The notes below the pieces were generated by a model that was given only the letters and a program-made list of their open reading frames with translations, had not been told where the DNA came from and did not search any database. Both the position numbers and the translations under genes were made by a program. A DNA stretch of 63,552 nt, filler included, from Ministeria vibrans ATCC 50519 (Eukaryota; Protista; Filasterea): assembly GCA_943704425.1 (NCBI GenBank). It is 5 parts of 5 records of this genome, joined end to end, with 100 filler letters (N's around TTAATTAATTAA, not from the genome) between each part and the next. Parts side by side here need not be neighbours in the genome. Positions count along the whole stretch, not along the records: positions 7,353 to 34,922 come from CALSCP010002844.1; positions 35,023 to 56,123 come from CALSCP010000700.1; 3 more parts are not named here. One strand, 5' to 3'. This document shows positions 32,379 through 45,260 of the stretch, one piece after another; the first letter of the stretch is position 1; each line of letters begins with the position of its first letter.

Positions 32379-34606
32379 ATGTTGCGATGCGGCCTTATGG
32401 CTGTGACGCGGCATGGTTCTATGCGGTTGGCGTGTCGTCGTGGCGGATTGTCTTCGCTTAGAGTGGCGACCCTGACAGCAAGTCCATTTCGACACGTCTC
32501 AGCACTCTCGTCGGCCCTGGTTGCCTCTACTGCCGCACTGGTGTCGTGGCATCGGCGCGAGAATGTTCTCTGTGAAGTGGAGCCAGTCTGTGTCGTTGAA
32601 CGAGTGCCTTTGACGCAGCTGATGGAGCAGGATGACGAGAAGAAGGGAGAGGTGCTCGCCGACGTGCATTTTGAGACGTGCGACGACTCCCATCCTCCAT
32701 CCATTGCATCCTACTACTGGAATCTTATTCTTCCTGATCTTCCGGCGCTCCTAGCTGCAATTGCCGCTGCAGCCGGTAGGATTCTGTATTTTTTAAAATA
32801 AGCATTCGATTATCTTGCTTACACGGAAGTCATTTTACTACGTGTCTTTCAGGTGCGGCGTACAGCAATGTTTTGATACCCCTTCGACTGGGGCGACTTG
32901 TCGACGTGCTGGCGGTGTTTGCCGGGGCGAGTCAGGGCGACGTGTCGTTGCTGATGGGACCGGCGCTGGCGTTGATCGGTGTGTACGTTGCGCAGGGCAC
33001 GCTCACAGCGTTGTACATTGCACTGATGGGCTTTGTGGGCGAGCGACTGGCCGAGCGAGCGCGCAGTCGCTTGTTTGCCTCGTTGATGCAACAAGACATG
33101 GCGTATTTTGATGCGACGCGCACGGGCGATTGTGTCGAGTGTCTCACGAGCGACGTGCAAACCGCCAAGTCGTCGTTCAAGCAGACCGTAACGGCTGGTG
33201 TGCGTGCCGTCACGCAAATCACCGGCTCACTTGTGGCCATGTGGTATTTGTCGCCGACACTGACCATTTTGGCTGCCGTGGGTCTGCCATGCATGGTTGC
33301 TGTGGGCAACGTACTGTCACGCGCGTTGCATCGGCTGTCGCGGCGCGCCCAGGAGGAGCACAGCTTGGCGACGGCCCACGCCGTCGAGCGTCTCTCTGCG
33401 ATTCGCACGGTGCACTCGTTTGGTGCCGAAGAGCGTGAATGGTCGACGTACTCGCGATTGCTTGAGCGCGCGCGTGCCTCATCGGTGTGGCTTGCCTTTG
33501 GCATTGGCATGTTCCAGGGCATTGCCAATGTCGCTCTCAATGCCACTGTGTTGGGCATACTCTCGCTGGGTGGCAAGCTCATGGCCGAGCAAACTCTGAG
33601 TGCGGGTCAGCTCATGAGTTTTCTCGTGGCCTCACAGAGTATTCAGCGGGCGATGGCGCAAATGACAGTGATGCTTGGGCATGCAGTGTCGGGTGCAGCG
33701 GCCGCCGCGCGTGTCCACCACATGACAGTACAACTGCAACCGGCCATTCCGCTGCACGCGCACCAGCAAAGTATGCTGTTGGAAGGCTGCGATAGCAATA
33801 GTGGCAGTGCCATTGCTTTGTGTGACTTTGACTCGGTGTCGACGATGCGACTGGAGGACGTGTCGTTTTCGTATGCAACGCGCACCGGTGAGACACCAGT
33901 GCTCGCGCACATCTCGCTCGCATTGCCGCCGGGAAAAGTCGTGGCGCTCGTGGGCTCGTCGGGCAGTGGCAAGTCTACAATTGCGGCTTTGCTCGAACGT
34001 TTGTACGACCCTACCGAGGGGCGTGTCATGTTGGTGCTCGACGATGGTCGTGCGGTAGATGTCCGCGAAGTGGATGCGCAATGGCTTCGGCGTCGCGTCG
34101 TTGGTGCCATTGAGCAGCAACCGGTACTCTTTGACGTGTCGCTTCTGGAGAACATTCGCTATGGGGCACCCGAGGCGACGGTGGAGCAGGTAGAGGCAGC
34201 GGCGCGCCTTGCCAATGCCGACGCGTTCATTCGCGCCTTTCCTGAAGGCTACAACACACGTGCTGGGGAGCGTGGTCTCGCTCTGTCGGGTGGCCAGCGA
34301 CAGCGCATTGCCATTGCCCGTGCACTCGTGGCCAATCCGCGTGTTCTTGTTCTTGACGAGGCCACGAGCGCACTGGATGCGCAATCGGAGGCACTGGTGC
34401 AGCGTGCGCTCGACCAGGCCATGCAGGGTCGCACGACACTTGTCATTGCCCATCGCCTCTCGACCGTGCGCCAGGCCCACCTCATCTGTGTGGTAGACGC
34501 CGGTCGAATTGTCGAACAGGGCACCCACGACGAACTGATGCGACGCAATGGCGCCTACGCTCGTCTGGTGCACACACAGTTGTCCGATTCGGAGAAGAAT
34601 GAATAA
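32379..34606 (+). CDS. ABCB8: Mitochondrial half-size ABC transporter, ABCB8-like
   Basis: Arg-rich presequence, one intron at ~32776-32852, and a TMD with LMSFLVASQSIQRAM. NBD motifs GSSGSGKST, LSGGQRQRIAIARAL, LVLDEATSALD and VIAHRLST. Confidence 0.85.
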
Positions 34607-34922
34607 AGACGTAATATTATTAGTTATTTTGGTAATGGGTATATATATATGCTGACTCAGGCGCATCTGTGAGCCCAAGCCAGTGTGGCAACTTCAACAA
34701 ACAGGCGTGAGACGTATGAGAGAAAAGTGATTCATCGACAAGGTTAACTTGCACACAAAATGTTTCCGCAAGTACAGAGACAAATAAATAACCGAGTACA
34801 GACCAATTAAATTTTTTTTCTTCTTTTTTTCTCCTTATCCATCAGTGGACAGCGACACCCCTATCGTTTTGCTTCTCTCTTCTTCACCCATCTTTTTTTT
34901 TTTTTTTTTTTTTTTTCTTTTT

Positions 34923-35022
34923 NNNNNNNNNNNNNNNNNNNNNNNNNNNNNNNNNNNNNNNNNNNNTTAATTAATTAANNNNNNNNNNNNNNNNNNNNNN
35001 NNNNNNNNNNNNNNNNNNNNNN
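34923..35022. other. Artificial scaffold linker
   Basis: N44-TTAATTAATTAA-N44. Confidence 0.95.
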
Positions 35023-35173
35023 CAGTCGTACCCAGGTATCTCAACGTACGCCAGGTTGTCACGGTGCATCTCCCGAATAAGCACCGCCAGTGCTGTTGGC
35101 ACACCCAGCGCCACAAGAGCGGGCGCAATCGTCTCATGACGGATGCGGTCAAAGCACTTAGCAATGTCAAACG
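35023..35173 (-). mobile_element. 5'-truncated non-LTR retrotransposon reverse-transcriptase fragment abutting telomeric repeats
   Basis: The minus frame reads FDIAKCFDRIRHETIAPALVALGVPTALAVLIREMHRDNLAYVEIPGYD, matching the LINE RT motif D(h)xKAFDxhxH...LGhP...hIxxhY. It starts 2 nt after (TTAGGG)n. Confidence 0.7.
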
Positions 35174-35220
35174 TAACCCTAACCCTAACCCTAACCCTAA
35201 CCCTAACCCTAACCCTAACC
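35174..35220 (+). repeat. Interstitial telomeric repeat (CCCTAA)~8
   Basis: Seen directly. Confidence 0.95.
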
Positions 35221-35340
35221 GAGACATGAACTTTACGATTGTATTCAGACGTTTAACACATACTCAAGCAGCTTATGGGGCCCACTCGGAATACATCGCG
35301 ATCCTCAACACACACATCAAACACAAAAACACACAAGAGG

Positions 35341-35369
35341 AACCCTAACCCTAACCCTAACCCTAACCC
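35341..35369 (+). repeat. Interstitial telomeric repeat (CCCTAA)~5
   Basis: Seen directly. Confidence 0.9.
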
Positions 35370-36238
35370 CACTTCGCGCGGCGAATGACGAGTTCGGTGC
35401 TCACGGACATCTACACGGCGACGAAACGTCCGTTTACGGCGGTCTGGGGCATCGCGTCTTGTTAGCAAAGGCCGCGGCAAAGGTCGCGGCCTCATGCCCG
35501 CTCCATACACCAGCTACATCGAGAGGCCAGCCTATGTGCTCGCGGACGACACGGAAACGCGCATGAACAGCGACGAATAGCTCTATCAACCGCTGAAAAT
35601 CAGCAGGCAAAATATAGATGAGATTGTAGAGGCTGTAGAACGGTATTTGCAAAATGTTATGCATTTAGCGACACGTCCATATACGTAGGACTTCTGATGA
35701 ACTATTATTTAATTTAGAATGGACGATTTGCGTCGAAAGAGTGGCTCTCTGCCGCCAAGAAGAGGGAAGTCGAAGTATACTTTCGCGGAGCAGGTAAAAC
35801 AATGTAAAATATTCTTGTTGCTTACTCTGTTTCATATCGCCAGGTCTTTATCTCTCTGCATCACTTTCAAAAGGTGTCGTATCCTCAGTTGGGCGCGAGA
35901 TTTAATATTCAGGTCAGTACTGTCTCCTCTTACTTTCTTCGGACCTCCTTCGGACGGTTTTGGCTCTCGCCTCACTCAAGTCGGCGTATCAGACTCAAGA
36001 CTAGCCTGCGACCCTATGATTTAGTCTGTTTAGTCTGTTTTCTTTTTCGGCGTAATATGAACACATTCCCACTAGACAGCTAAAACAGAAAGGGTTATTG
36101 AAATCTCCCACCCGCCCAAAAAAACACACAAGGACACACGCACAGTCTGTCTGTCTGTTATTAAAGATGAGGTACAAACATACAGAATCGCCGTGCAAGG
36201 GTTAGAAATTTAAAAAGATACTTTGTGTATTGGAATTC

Positions 36239-37421
36239 TCACAGACTGTAGCGAGGTACGAGCAAGATACCGTAGGCACAAAAAATGCGCGCCTGAGTCT
36301 CTTGTCGTGTTGAAGAGGAGACGCGCAGAGATCGACACCGAAATGAGTTTTTGGCACATGTAAACTTGTAGGAGCCCCTTTGCGTGCTTGTCGAGCCGGG
36401 CATGCGACACCAGGTGGTCGAGGAACCATCCCTTGGACTCGCGCCCTGAACTTCGAGCGTAACTTCCTTTGACTCACGCCCTCCGTAGTCGCCCATAGAG
36501 CATGTGACAACGCTCAAAATTGCTAGCATTTCACCCAGGTGAACTTCTCCCTGCTTCCGGGAGCGTGGGCGGCCTTGCTCCTGGTGGGATTTATTAATCC
36601 ACTGAAGTATATCCTCTGCGTGACCATCACCCACAAAGTCGAACTCCTTTCGCTCATATCGTGCAAGCTCAGCAAGAGCAGGACAGCCGAAGAAGTCTGC
36701 TTCTTTTGCGAGTAAACGGCACTCACGGGCGCTCTCAGGAGCGACAAAGTCGTCATCGCCATCACGCAGGTAGTTGAGAATGTAAGAAAAGTGAGTTCCG
36801 TCACGGTCAATCGCGACAGAGCCATCACTTTGCTGCTGTACAGTATGGCGGCCAGAGAACATCGCAGTGAGCATCTCCGAGCGGCCATTAGTCAGGGTTG
36901 ACATATACGTTTTGTATGGCTTTCCACCGACATCGAGAAGAGTCCAGGGGTTGGCGTCGTCAAACTTATGAATCATCGCGATCGCAGCCTGGGGTTGAGA
37001 ACGACGATATGCGAGGAGTAAAACTCTTGAAAACAACGCGTCGTCGTACCTTCTCTTCCTCCCACGCCTTTGCTTCAGCGGTAACCGCAGCCTTCATGTT
37101 GATGATATCTTTTTCTGCATCAGTGACGAGTTGCTTCGCTTTCGCTTTCGCCAGTGCAGCTTCTTTAAGACTTCTTTTTTTCGTCTCTTCTGCGCTTGCC
37201 ATAGCCGACTTTGCGACGCTACTGGCGGCAGATTTCGCGTTACTCAGCATCTCCTCCGCCTTCGCAGCGGCAGTGTGTTCCGCCTGCTGCATGGCTACTC
37301 CACGCTGCTCGAGAGATTTTTTCTCCTCAACGACGGCCGCAATCAGAGTCGCTACTGAAGAAGATGCGGCAGACACAAGGTCTGAGAAGTCTCCGTCTTC
37401 GGTGACGGAGAGTTTCGACAT
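36239..37421 (-). CDS. Coiled-coil + KCTD-type BTB/POZ domain protein (2 exons)
   Basis: Exon 37421-37050 (Ala/Lys/Glu-rich helix), intron 37049-36989, exon 36988-36239 with LDVGGKPYKT...SEMLTAMFSG...IDRDGTHFSYILNYLRDG...EADFF. Confidence 0.85.
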
Positions 37422-38379
37422 GGAAAGATCAGAAAGTGAGTGGTCAGTGACTGTGCGCTCATAAACGAGCCTGAAAAAAATAATTCCGGAAAAAATCAGC
37501 AACTTGGGCTCAATCGTCTGCATAGGTCATGAGAGCGCCCTCACGACATATGCAGTTAGCTACACGACAGCCCGCTTCTACACTCACGCAGCGGACTGCG
37601 TTTTTCAGATTGCGAGTTCAACACATTCTCGGCCAATTGCAGTCATTACAACGGAAGAAAGAATGTAGGCCACATGTACACGTCTTACTGTTCCATTAAC
37701 CCGTTGTATAAAATGGATTTGGATCACAAATTACAAAATTGAAAATTGAAATTATGAACTTCGAAGACGGAAGATCGAAATAAAAAATTAAAAAATAATC
37801 GCGACTATGATTTTTTAGTTTTTTTTTTTTCGTCCATTCATCTCAATAAGTGAAATCGATCCCCCTTGTCATAGCACACTACTACAGACTACACCAAGTA
37901 CTCTCAACTTTCAAGCATGTCCGACATCAAAACGTACCGAATTGTAAGAGGTCTTCGTTTATGGCGCCACAATAATAATGAGCACATTCAACCTCTCTTT
38001 CGTCGCACTACCAGGACGCCTCGTCCACCGGCTGCTCCGGTCTGTTCTGGCGAACCGAGCCTGTGTATTCCTCAACCAGCCGGGACTATTCGTGGCCAAA
38101 GTGCGTGGTTGGTCCACTGCAGGGCGGCAAATTCAACTCATCATGACCCTCTCATAGGAATGGCACCATTGTCAAGGGGGTGGAAGCACAGCCTGGATGG
38201 ATCAAGATTGACGGAACCGACTACTGGCTCCCTATTGAGCACGGGGGACACACCTTTGTACACGCTGTTAGTGCCAGTACAAAATAATCAATCTCTCTCT
38301 GTCTATTGTAATCAACAGCTGTTTCATTATTCACAATGTCTTGGCCTCGGGCACACGCCAATACGCGTCGGGATGTTTC

Positions 38380-41117
38380 TCAATGCGCCGCGCCGTCCGA
38401 TGCACGTACAACGCATAGACTACGCAGCATCATTAAAATTATACACCAGACTACCGCAAGACATCGACTTACTTGCAACGCCCAAAGCAAGACAACCAAT
38501 GGCAACTGGATAATACCCATCACGCACAATGGAGCACACGCCATGTGCCGCCACACATTGCGCTTTCTCTGCCGCATTTGCACACGTGATGGACGCCAGT
38601 GACGCTGGTTCGTGCAACAAAAAAAAAATATGGGATGAGCACACAAGTGAGTCACGCCACACAAAACGACAACATTGCTCAGTCAGTACCCGAATCGACA
38701 TCGACACCACTTGGGCTGGGAATGCACTCGCTAACAGTCGCATAGTCCACTGCCAAGAACACAAAATACTTGGGCCAGGTCCCTCCAAAATTACTCAGCG
38801 TGTTGAGCAACTGTAAGATCGGTGTCAGAAGAGCATCCACGAGTCAATCATGGTTCGATTATACCGTGAGATACGTGCCGCCTATGGATGGATCGCTGAT
38901 GCGCGCAAAGAAAGCACCCTAAAGAACGACACGGTGCATGAGCGTAAACAGCATCAGTTGGCAAGATGCACTTACGGTGGCAACAAACATGGCCGTGGCA
39001 GTCATGCTGGTGAGGAGGAAAGTGGCGACGAGCGCATAGTAGTAGCCGTCACCATGGACGGCCGGCGAGTAGTTCTCGGGGAACACCGCCACAAGAACAA
39101 GCCCCACGACGCACATGACCATGCGTCCATACGCACCATAAAGATACTATCCAAAAACAATCACAGTTACTCTTCAATCCATCCATCACACAACGGGCAA
39201 ACTGATCCGGCTCCTCATACCGGTTTCATGGCGCGTCCACCGCTTGCCCATTTGGCAACAGAGATTCCAAGAACAATTTGAAATGGAAAATCAATAATTG
39301 CGACCAAACCTGAAAAGAAAGCAAATCCCCGTGTCAACGAGACGCCAAAGCGGCCCTCTCAGCTTTGTCGCGTACCAAGATCCTTCTTGTCAATTCCCCG
39401 CTCAAGCAACTTCAGACCGGTCACTGCTTCGTGAGCCATAAAGCCAACCTGCAACACAACGTCGCTCAGAACCACGCTCGCCACAGACACAGACACTCTC
39501 ACACTCGAATATGTATAAAATATTATTATAAATTATATCTGAAACTCTCTCTCTATCACTTTGTTTTTTTTCTCCTCTCTCTCTCACTTATTCTCTCTCA
39601 CTTGTTCTCTCTCTCTCTTTCTTTCTTTCTTTCATCCTTTCTTTCTCTCTTTCTCTCTCTCTTTCTTTCTCCTCTCTCTCTCTCTCTTTCTTTCTCTCTC
39701 TCCTTCTTTCTCCTCTCTCACTTGTTCTCTCTCTCTCTTTCTTTCTTCCTCTCTTTCTTTCTTTCTCCTCCCTCTCCCTCTCATTGGCCCTTTCATTTCT
39801 CTCTGTCATACCTTGGCCACGAGTAACAGCACAATCAGCGAGCGCATGTGCGGCAGTTGAATGACACTCCACATTTGGCCATACACTGTGCGCATGGACA
39901 GTCGCTCGCTCTCCTCAATGACACTCTACAACAGAAACAATTCAATGCCCACGGTTTCACCTTTTCCCGTCGACTACCTCTCGATTGAAAATCAAAAGAA
40001 TGACGGTCGACACGACAAACAGAGCCGCCCAAAACATGAAGAAAGGTCCCAGTTGCAACAATCCTAAAGTGTTCGTGAGTGACGCTCCGGCAGCAGTCTT
40101 TGTCAGCGGCTACCTTTAGACTGGGGCTCCGAAAAGACGTAGTGGTTGCAAAACTCGGGCGAGTTGAAAGCAAGAAAGACGGTAAAGGCCAGAAAGTAGC
40201 CGGTGTTGAGGCCAATGCTTTGGCATGTAGACGCGTAGGTGCGATTCCCTAAGGGGCATTTGTGGGAGAAGGGCAATGCATTAGAGAGGGATTGTCAACA
40301 AACGTGGTTTGTGTACGTGGCGAAAGAATCTCCAAGGCAAGACCGTCAACAGCAATGTCTTGTGTGGCCGCGCAAACAATGCACATGAAAAAGATGATGG
40401 CCATCAGCGTCACGTTTGTTGATTCAGCCTAGTGAAGAAACATTCATTTAGCTACTCGACAAACAAGACGTTTTTCCCACTCCCGTACATCCATGAGAGC
40501 ATCAATGTTGTGGCCAAGCAGGAAAAAGGCTCCGGCAAGAACAATTTGAACGGGAACAATCCACGACTTGCGACGACCCAGCCAAGGGGAGTACACCGAA
40601 TCGACGATGGGTGACCAGAGCAATTTCAGCGAGTACGGGTAGCCCGCCAGCGAGAACACTGCCATGTCTGCCATGCTCACATGGGGCTGCAGTAGAATGG
40701 GCAGCGTGCCCATGACAAGACCAATGGGAACACCTTGCAAGAGATAGAGCAAGACAAGGAGCGCCAGATTGCCCTTCTCGTCTCGCCATGACACCGCCAC
40801 GCCGTCCTCCGTCTCCTGCCGCCTGCCCTGTCTCGGCACATCGGGATAAATGGCGTCGTCGTGGGCACTGTAGCGGGACTCAACCAGCCCCAATTCGGCA
40901 TCTAGCACGAGAGATCAACACTGTGCGTTTTGGCCACGAAGCGTACCTTGCGTCGCGACGCTCTCCGCTCCACCCATCTCTTCTGCTTCAAGTCGCTCAC
41001 GAGCAGACTGGCTCCGCAATCGATACGGTGTTCTGCATTGTCTCGGCAACGTCCACGTCAGGAGCGAGTGGAGTGTGTTTATTGTAATGTAAGTACGTAC
41101 GTTCGTCGTGCGGACAT
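38380..41117 (-). CDS. SLC33A1: Acetyl-CoA transporter (SLC33A1/AT-1, MFS), multi-exon; ends approximate
   Basis: NLALLVLLYLLQGVPIGL, YPYSLKLLWSPIVDSVY, GRRKSWIVPVQ, ATQDIAVDGLAL, YASTCQSIGLNTGYFLAFTVFLAFNSPEF and a late DGYY motif. Confidence 0.85.
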
Positions 41118-41341
41118 CCAAACCAAAACCCGTCACCTTTGTCCACTAGCGCCAAGATCAAGCAACAGCTGATATTCAAACGCAGTGTAAGCGACAAAAT
41201 AAACAGATCTAAGTTCTCGAATGGTTTTCGGGCCGTTCTCCCGAATTCTAAGTTCTAAAATATTTAAAATATTTTGAATTTTCCAATTAAATTGCTTAGT
41301 CTCAACTCTTACGTTTGCATACATAGATAGCTAGTATCAAT

Positions 41342-44300
41342 ATGGAGTATCCCGACCATTCTGATCGCTCGTACCTGCGTGCCGTCGTCAAGATGGTATG
41401 TGTTTTGCTCAAGTTTTCCCTCAAACTTGACCTTCAGCCCGAGTTCTTTCCTCACAATCGACCTACCTCTTCGTGGTGTACCCTATCGTGGTTCTTTCAT
41501 GTCCCAATATTGCCTTACTCGCTCATTGCCACGTGTGAGAATCGTTTCGTTTCCCGTCCTTCGTTTACCCAACGCCCCCCTCTCCCTTCTCCCTTGCTCC
41601 CTGCTGGCCCCTTCTTCCCGGTTTCACCTCGCATTGGTCGGTGTAGCCGACCGCCCCCCGACGTCGCTGGCGCGATGGTATCTCAAGTGTTTGGTGTGAA
41701 ACGGTTTTTTTTTCGTCATCATTGACGACAAAATCGACCGCTTTGGTGCTGTCTGTCCGAGCACCCATGCCTCTTCTACGTTGGATCGTGTATTTTGCCG
41801 GGTTCCTTGTTACATTGCGCGGCAAACCAGTGGGCACTGTATTTTTTTTTTTGTCCAGCTCACTCTCACTGCAACACCCACTCCACTTGTACACGTAGGC
41901 GCAATCTGGTGACACCCTCATCCTGCGCGGCAAGCCGCAAGGCGGACCCCCGCCGGAGCGTACGCTTTGCCTGGCAAACATCATTGTGCCTAAGCTTGCG
42001 CGCAACACGTACGCCTCACAGACAAGACATGTCGAGAAAAACACACCAACGAGCCTTGTGAACTATGTGTAGTGGTCCTAACACGGGCACGGTTGACGAA
42101 CCCTGTGCATGGGAGGCGCGTGAGTTGTTGCGCAAGACTCTTGTTGGCAAGGAGGTGCGCTTCAAGGTGGAGTACACGATTCCGTCTGGTCGCGAGTTTG
42201 GCTCGGTGTTTACCATTGATGGGCTCGCCGGCGAGAGCGTTGCTGCCATGCTCATCGATGCTGGTCTGGCCAAGGCCAAGCCCATGCAGGCTGACCGTGA
42301 GGCGACAGGAAACCGTGCCGAGCTGGAACGACGTCAAGCTGCCGCTGAACAGCGAAAGGTTGGCATGTGGGCTGACGACGCGAGTTCACACGTCCGCAAC
42401 ATCACTTGGGGTGTCGAGAAGGAGTCCGGTATGACAATCAGTTTTTTCTTAATATTTGTGTTTCAATTCTCTGTTGAATAACAACTGATAGAGAGGAAGG
42501 AATATTACGACAAAAGAGAACCAGAGAATCATTGTTTCTGTGCGTTAAAAATAATAATATTAATTCTTTCCAGCCCGCCGTTTGGTCGATCAACACAAGG
42601 GAAAGCCTGTTGATGCTATTGTCGAGTTTGTCCGTGATCCTTCGACTGTTCGCGTCGAATTGCTTCCGTCTCACACAGTAAAGATGATTAATTTGATGCA
42701 ATACGTTGCGCTTGCCGCACTTACCAGTGTTTTTTTTAGATTGTGTTGGTCTCTTTGACTGGCATCAAAGGTCCCTCAATGAAGCGTGCTGACAAGGGCG
42801 AGACCCCCGAGCCGTTTGCGGCGGAAGGCAAGTACTTTGTCGAGAGCCGTCTGTTGCAGCGTGACGTCCAGGTGCTTCTTGAGGCCGAGCAGAACAACGG
42901 TGTTCTCGGCACGCTTGTCCACCCTGCCGGAAACATCACCGAGGCGCTGCTTCAGCAAGGTTTTGCCAAGTGTGTCGACTGGAGGTACATATTTATTTAT
43001 TGTTATTATCTTTCTTCTCATGTTTTTCTTCGCTGTAGCATGGCCAAGGTGTCGTCGTCGGCGACACGAGATGCAATGCGACACGCCGAGAAGGCCGCCA
43101 AGAACGCTCGTATGCGCATGTGGAAGACGTACGTTGCGCCTGTACCTGCCGCTATCACTGCTGTCCCTTCCCAGCTTGCCGGTCAGTTTGTCGCAAAGGT
43201 ACCAGCAACACGACACGACAAAGCAGCTTAAAAAAAAAAAAAAAAAATACGAAGCGAAACAAAAATCACAATTTTTTTTGCATGCATTTAGGTGCTTGAG
43301 ATTGCGAGCCCCGAGGCTATTGTGGTACGATTGGCAAGCGGTCCCGAGGAAATCCACAAAATCTTCTTGGCGAGTGTACGACAGCCTCGCGCCGAGAAGA
43401 AGGAGTCGTCCGAAGAGGCTGGTCCGTCGTCAAACAAGGAGGCCGGCGGTGGTGGCCATCGTCTGCCACCACTTTTTCAGGTCCCGCACATGTTTGAGGC
43501 GCGCGAGTTCTTGCGCACCAAGCTGCTGGGCAAGAAGGTCACCGTCTCGGTCGACTACATGAAGCCTGCACAGGACAACTTCCCCGCCAAGACGTGCGCC
43601 ACCGTACACATTGGCGAAATCAACATTGGCGAGGCGCTCGTGAGCAAGGGCTTGGCAACGGTCGTGCGTCACCATGCCGACGACGAGAACCGTGCCAGTA
43701 ACTACGACGATTTGTTGGTTGCCGAGAACCGTGCGCAAAAGGCCAAGAAGGGCGTTTTCTCGGCAAACGCTCCCGTCCACCACGTCAACGACCTCTCGCA
43801 GGGCCTCCTCGAGAAGTCTCGCCAGTTCTTGCCCTTCCTCACCAAGGTCAAGCGTGTCCAGGGCGTCGTCGAATTTGTCAGTTCGGCATCGCGCTTCAAG
43901 ATTTACCTGCCCAAGGAGACGGCACTCATCACTTTTGTGCTCAGCGGCATCAACGCACCTCGTGCCCCCGATCAGAAGGGCCAAGGCGGCGAGCCTTTTG
44001 GCAGCGAGTCGGTTGTCTTTGCCAAGCGCCAGTGTATGCAGTGCAGTGTCGAGCTTGAGGTGGAGACGGTGGACAAGCGCGGAGGCTTTGTCGGCCAGCT
44101 CTTTGTGGACGGACGCAACCTCGCCGTGGCGCTTGTCACTTCGGGGTTCGCCAAGGTGCACGCCAGCGCTCACTATGGTCATTACGAGCGACAGCTTACC
44201 TCTGCCGAGGCGGCCGCACAGGAGAGTCACCTGAACATCTGGCACGACTATGTGGCGCCCGATCCTGAGGCGGAGGCGGCCGCCTTGGCCGCTTCACAGG

Positions 44301-45165
44301 CCGCCGAGCAAGCGCCCGAGCGAACCGTTTCGCTCGAACAGCGCACCCCCGTGCTCGTCACCCACGTCGACGCACCCACTTCCTGCTTTGTACAACTGTG
44401 TAGCGATGAATCGGCTCTTGCCACGCTGATGACGGCCTTGGCCGAGCACCTGGCCGCAAGCCCGCCTCTGCCGGGCGCGTACAAGCCCAAGAAGAACGAG
44501 TTGTGTGCTGCCAAGTATGCCGAAGACGGCGCCTGGTACCGCGCCAAGATCACAGCACTGTCGGGCGATCGCGCCACCGTCACCTACAGCGACTATGGCA
44601 ATGCCGCTACCGTTCTCATCGCCACCGAACTCGCTCCGCTCCCCTCCGACCTTGCCAAGACAAACGCTCCCTTTGCTCATGAGGTATCGCTTGCCTATGT
44701 GACGCCTCCCCCCGGTGACGACTACACCAGCGACGCTACCACTTTTTTCCGCGAGCTCGTTCTTAACCGCGTTGCCCTTATGCACAAGGAAAACCAGCGT
44801 GATGGCACTGTCTCTCTCGTCGACGCGTACGTTTTTTTTTTTGTTTGATTTTTCTTTCTTACTTTTTTTTCGTTCCCTTTTGTGTCTGGTTTCATTTTGT
44901 AGCGAAACTCAAACAGACGTGGCGACGGACATGGTGAGTGCAGGTCTGGCAGTGGTGGATGAGAAGAACCGTCGTGCTGCGCGTGCCGTTGCGCAGCTCA
45001 AGGCCGCGCAGGAGAGTGCCAAGAACAACCGCGTAAGACTGATTGTGTGTGAGAGCCATTTCCCTTTTCACACTTCCTATCTTTTTTTTTCATTGTTAGT
45101 ACGGAATCTGGGAGTACGGTGACGTGACTGGTGACGATGCTAAGGAGTTTGGATGGAAGAAGTAA
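41342..45165 (+). CDS. SND1: Tudor staphylococcal nuclease (Tudor-SN/p100), multi-exon
   Basis: RAVVKM|AQSGDTLILRGKPQGGPPPERTLCL, DEPCAWEARELLRKTLVGKEV, AKYAEDGAWYRAKI...YSDYGN (Tudor) and the C-terminal IWEYGDVTGDDAKEFG. Confidence 0.93.
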
Positions 45166-45260
45166 ACCACAACGAATTCCGACTCGTTTCAATCCATCTT
45201 TTCTTGTTTTGTCTTTTGACGTCATTTATTTTACAATAATTTGATTTATACAGAGCTTGA

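Noticed and set aside
35460-35500. KGRGKGRGL resembling a histone H4 N-terminal tail
   Set aside because: No histone-fold sequence follows.
37917-38513. 198-aa plus-strand ORF or a possible structured RNA
   Set aside because: No recognisable motif, it overlaps the 3' end of the SLC33A1-like gene, and only weak box-like words were seen.
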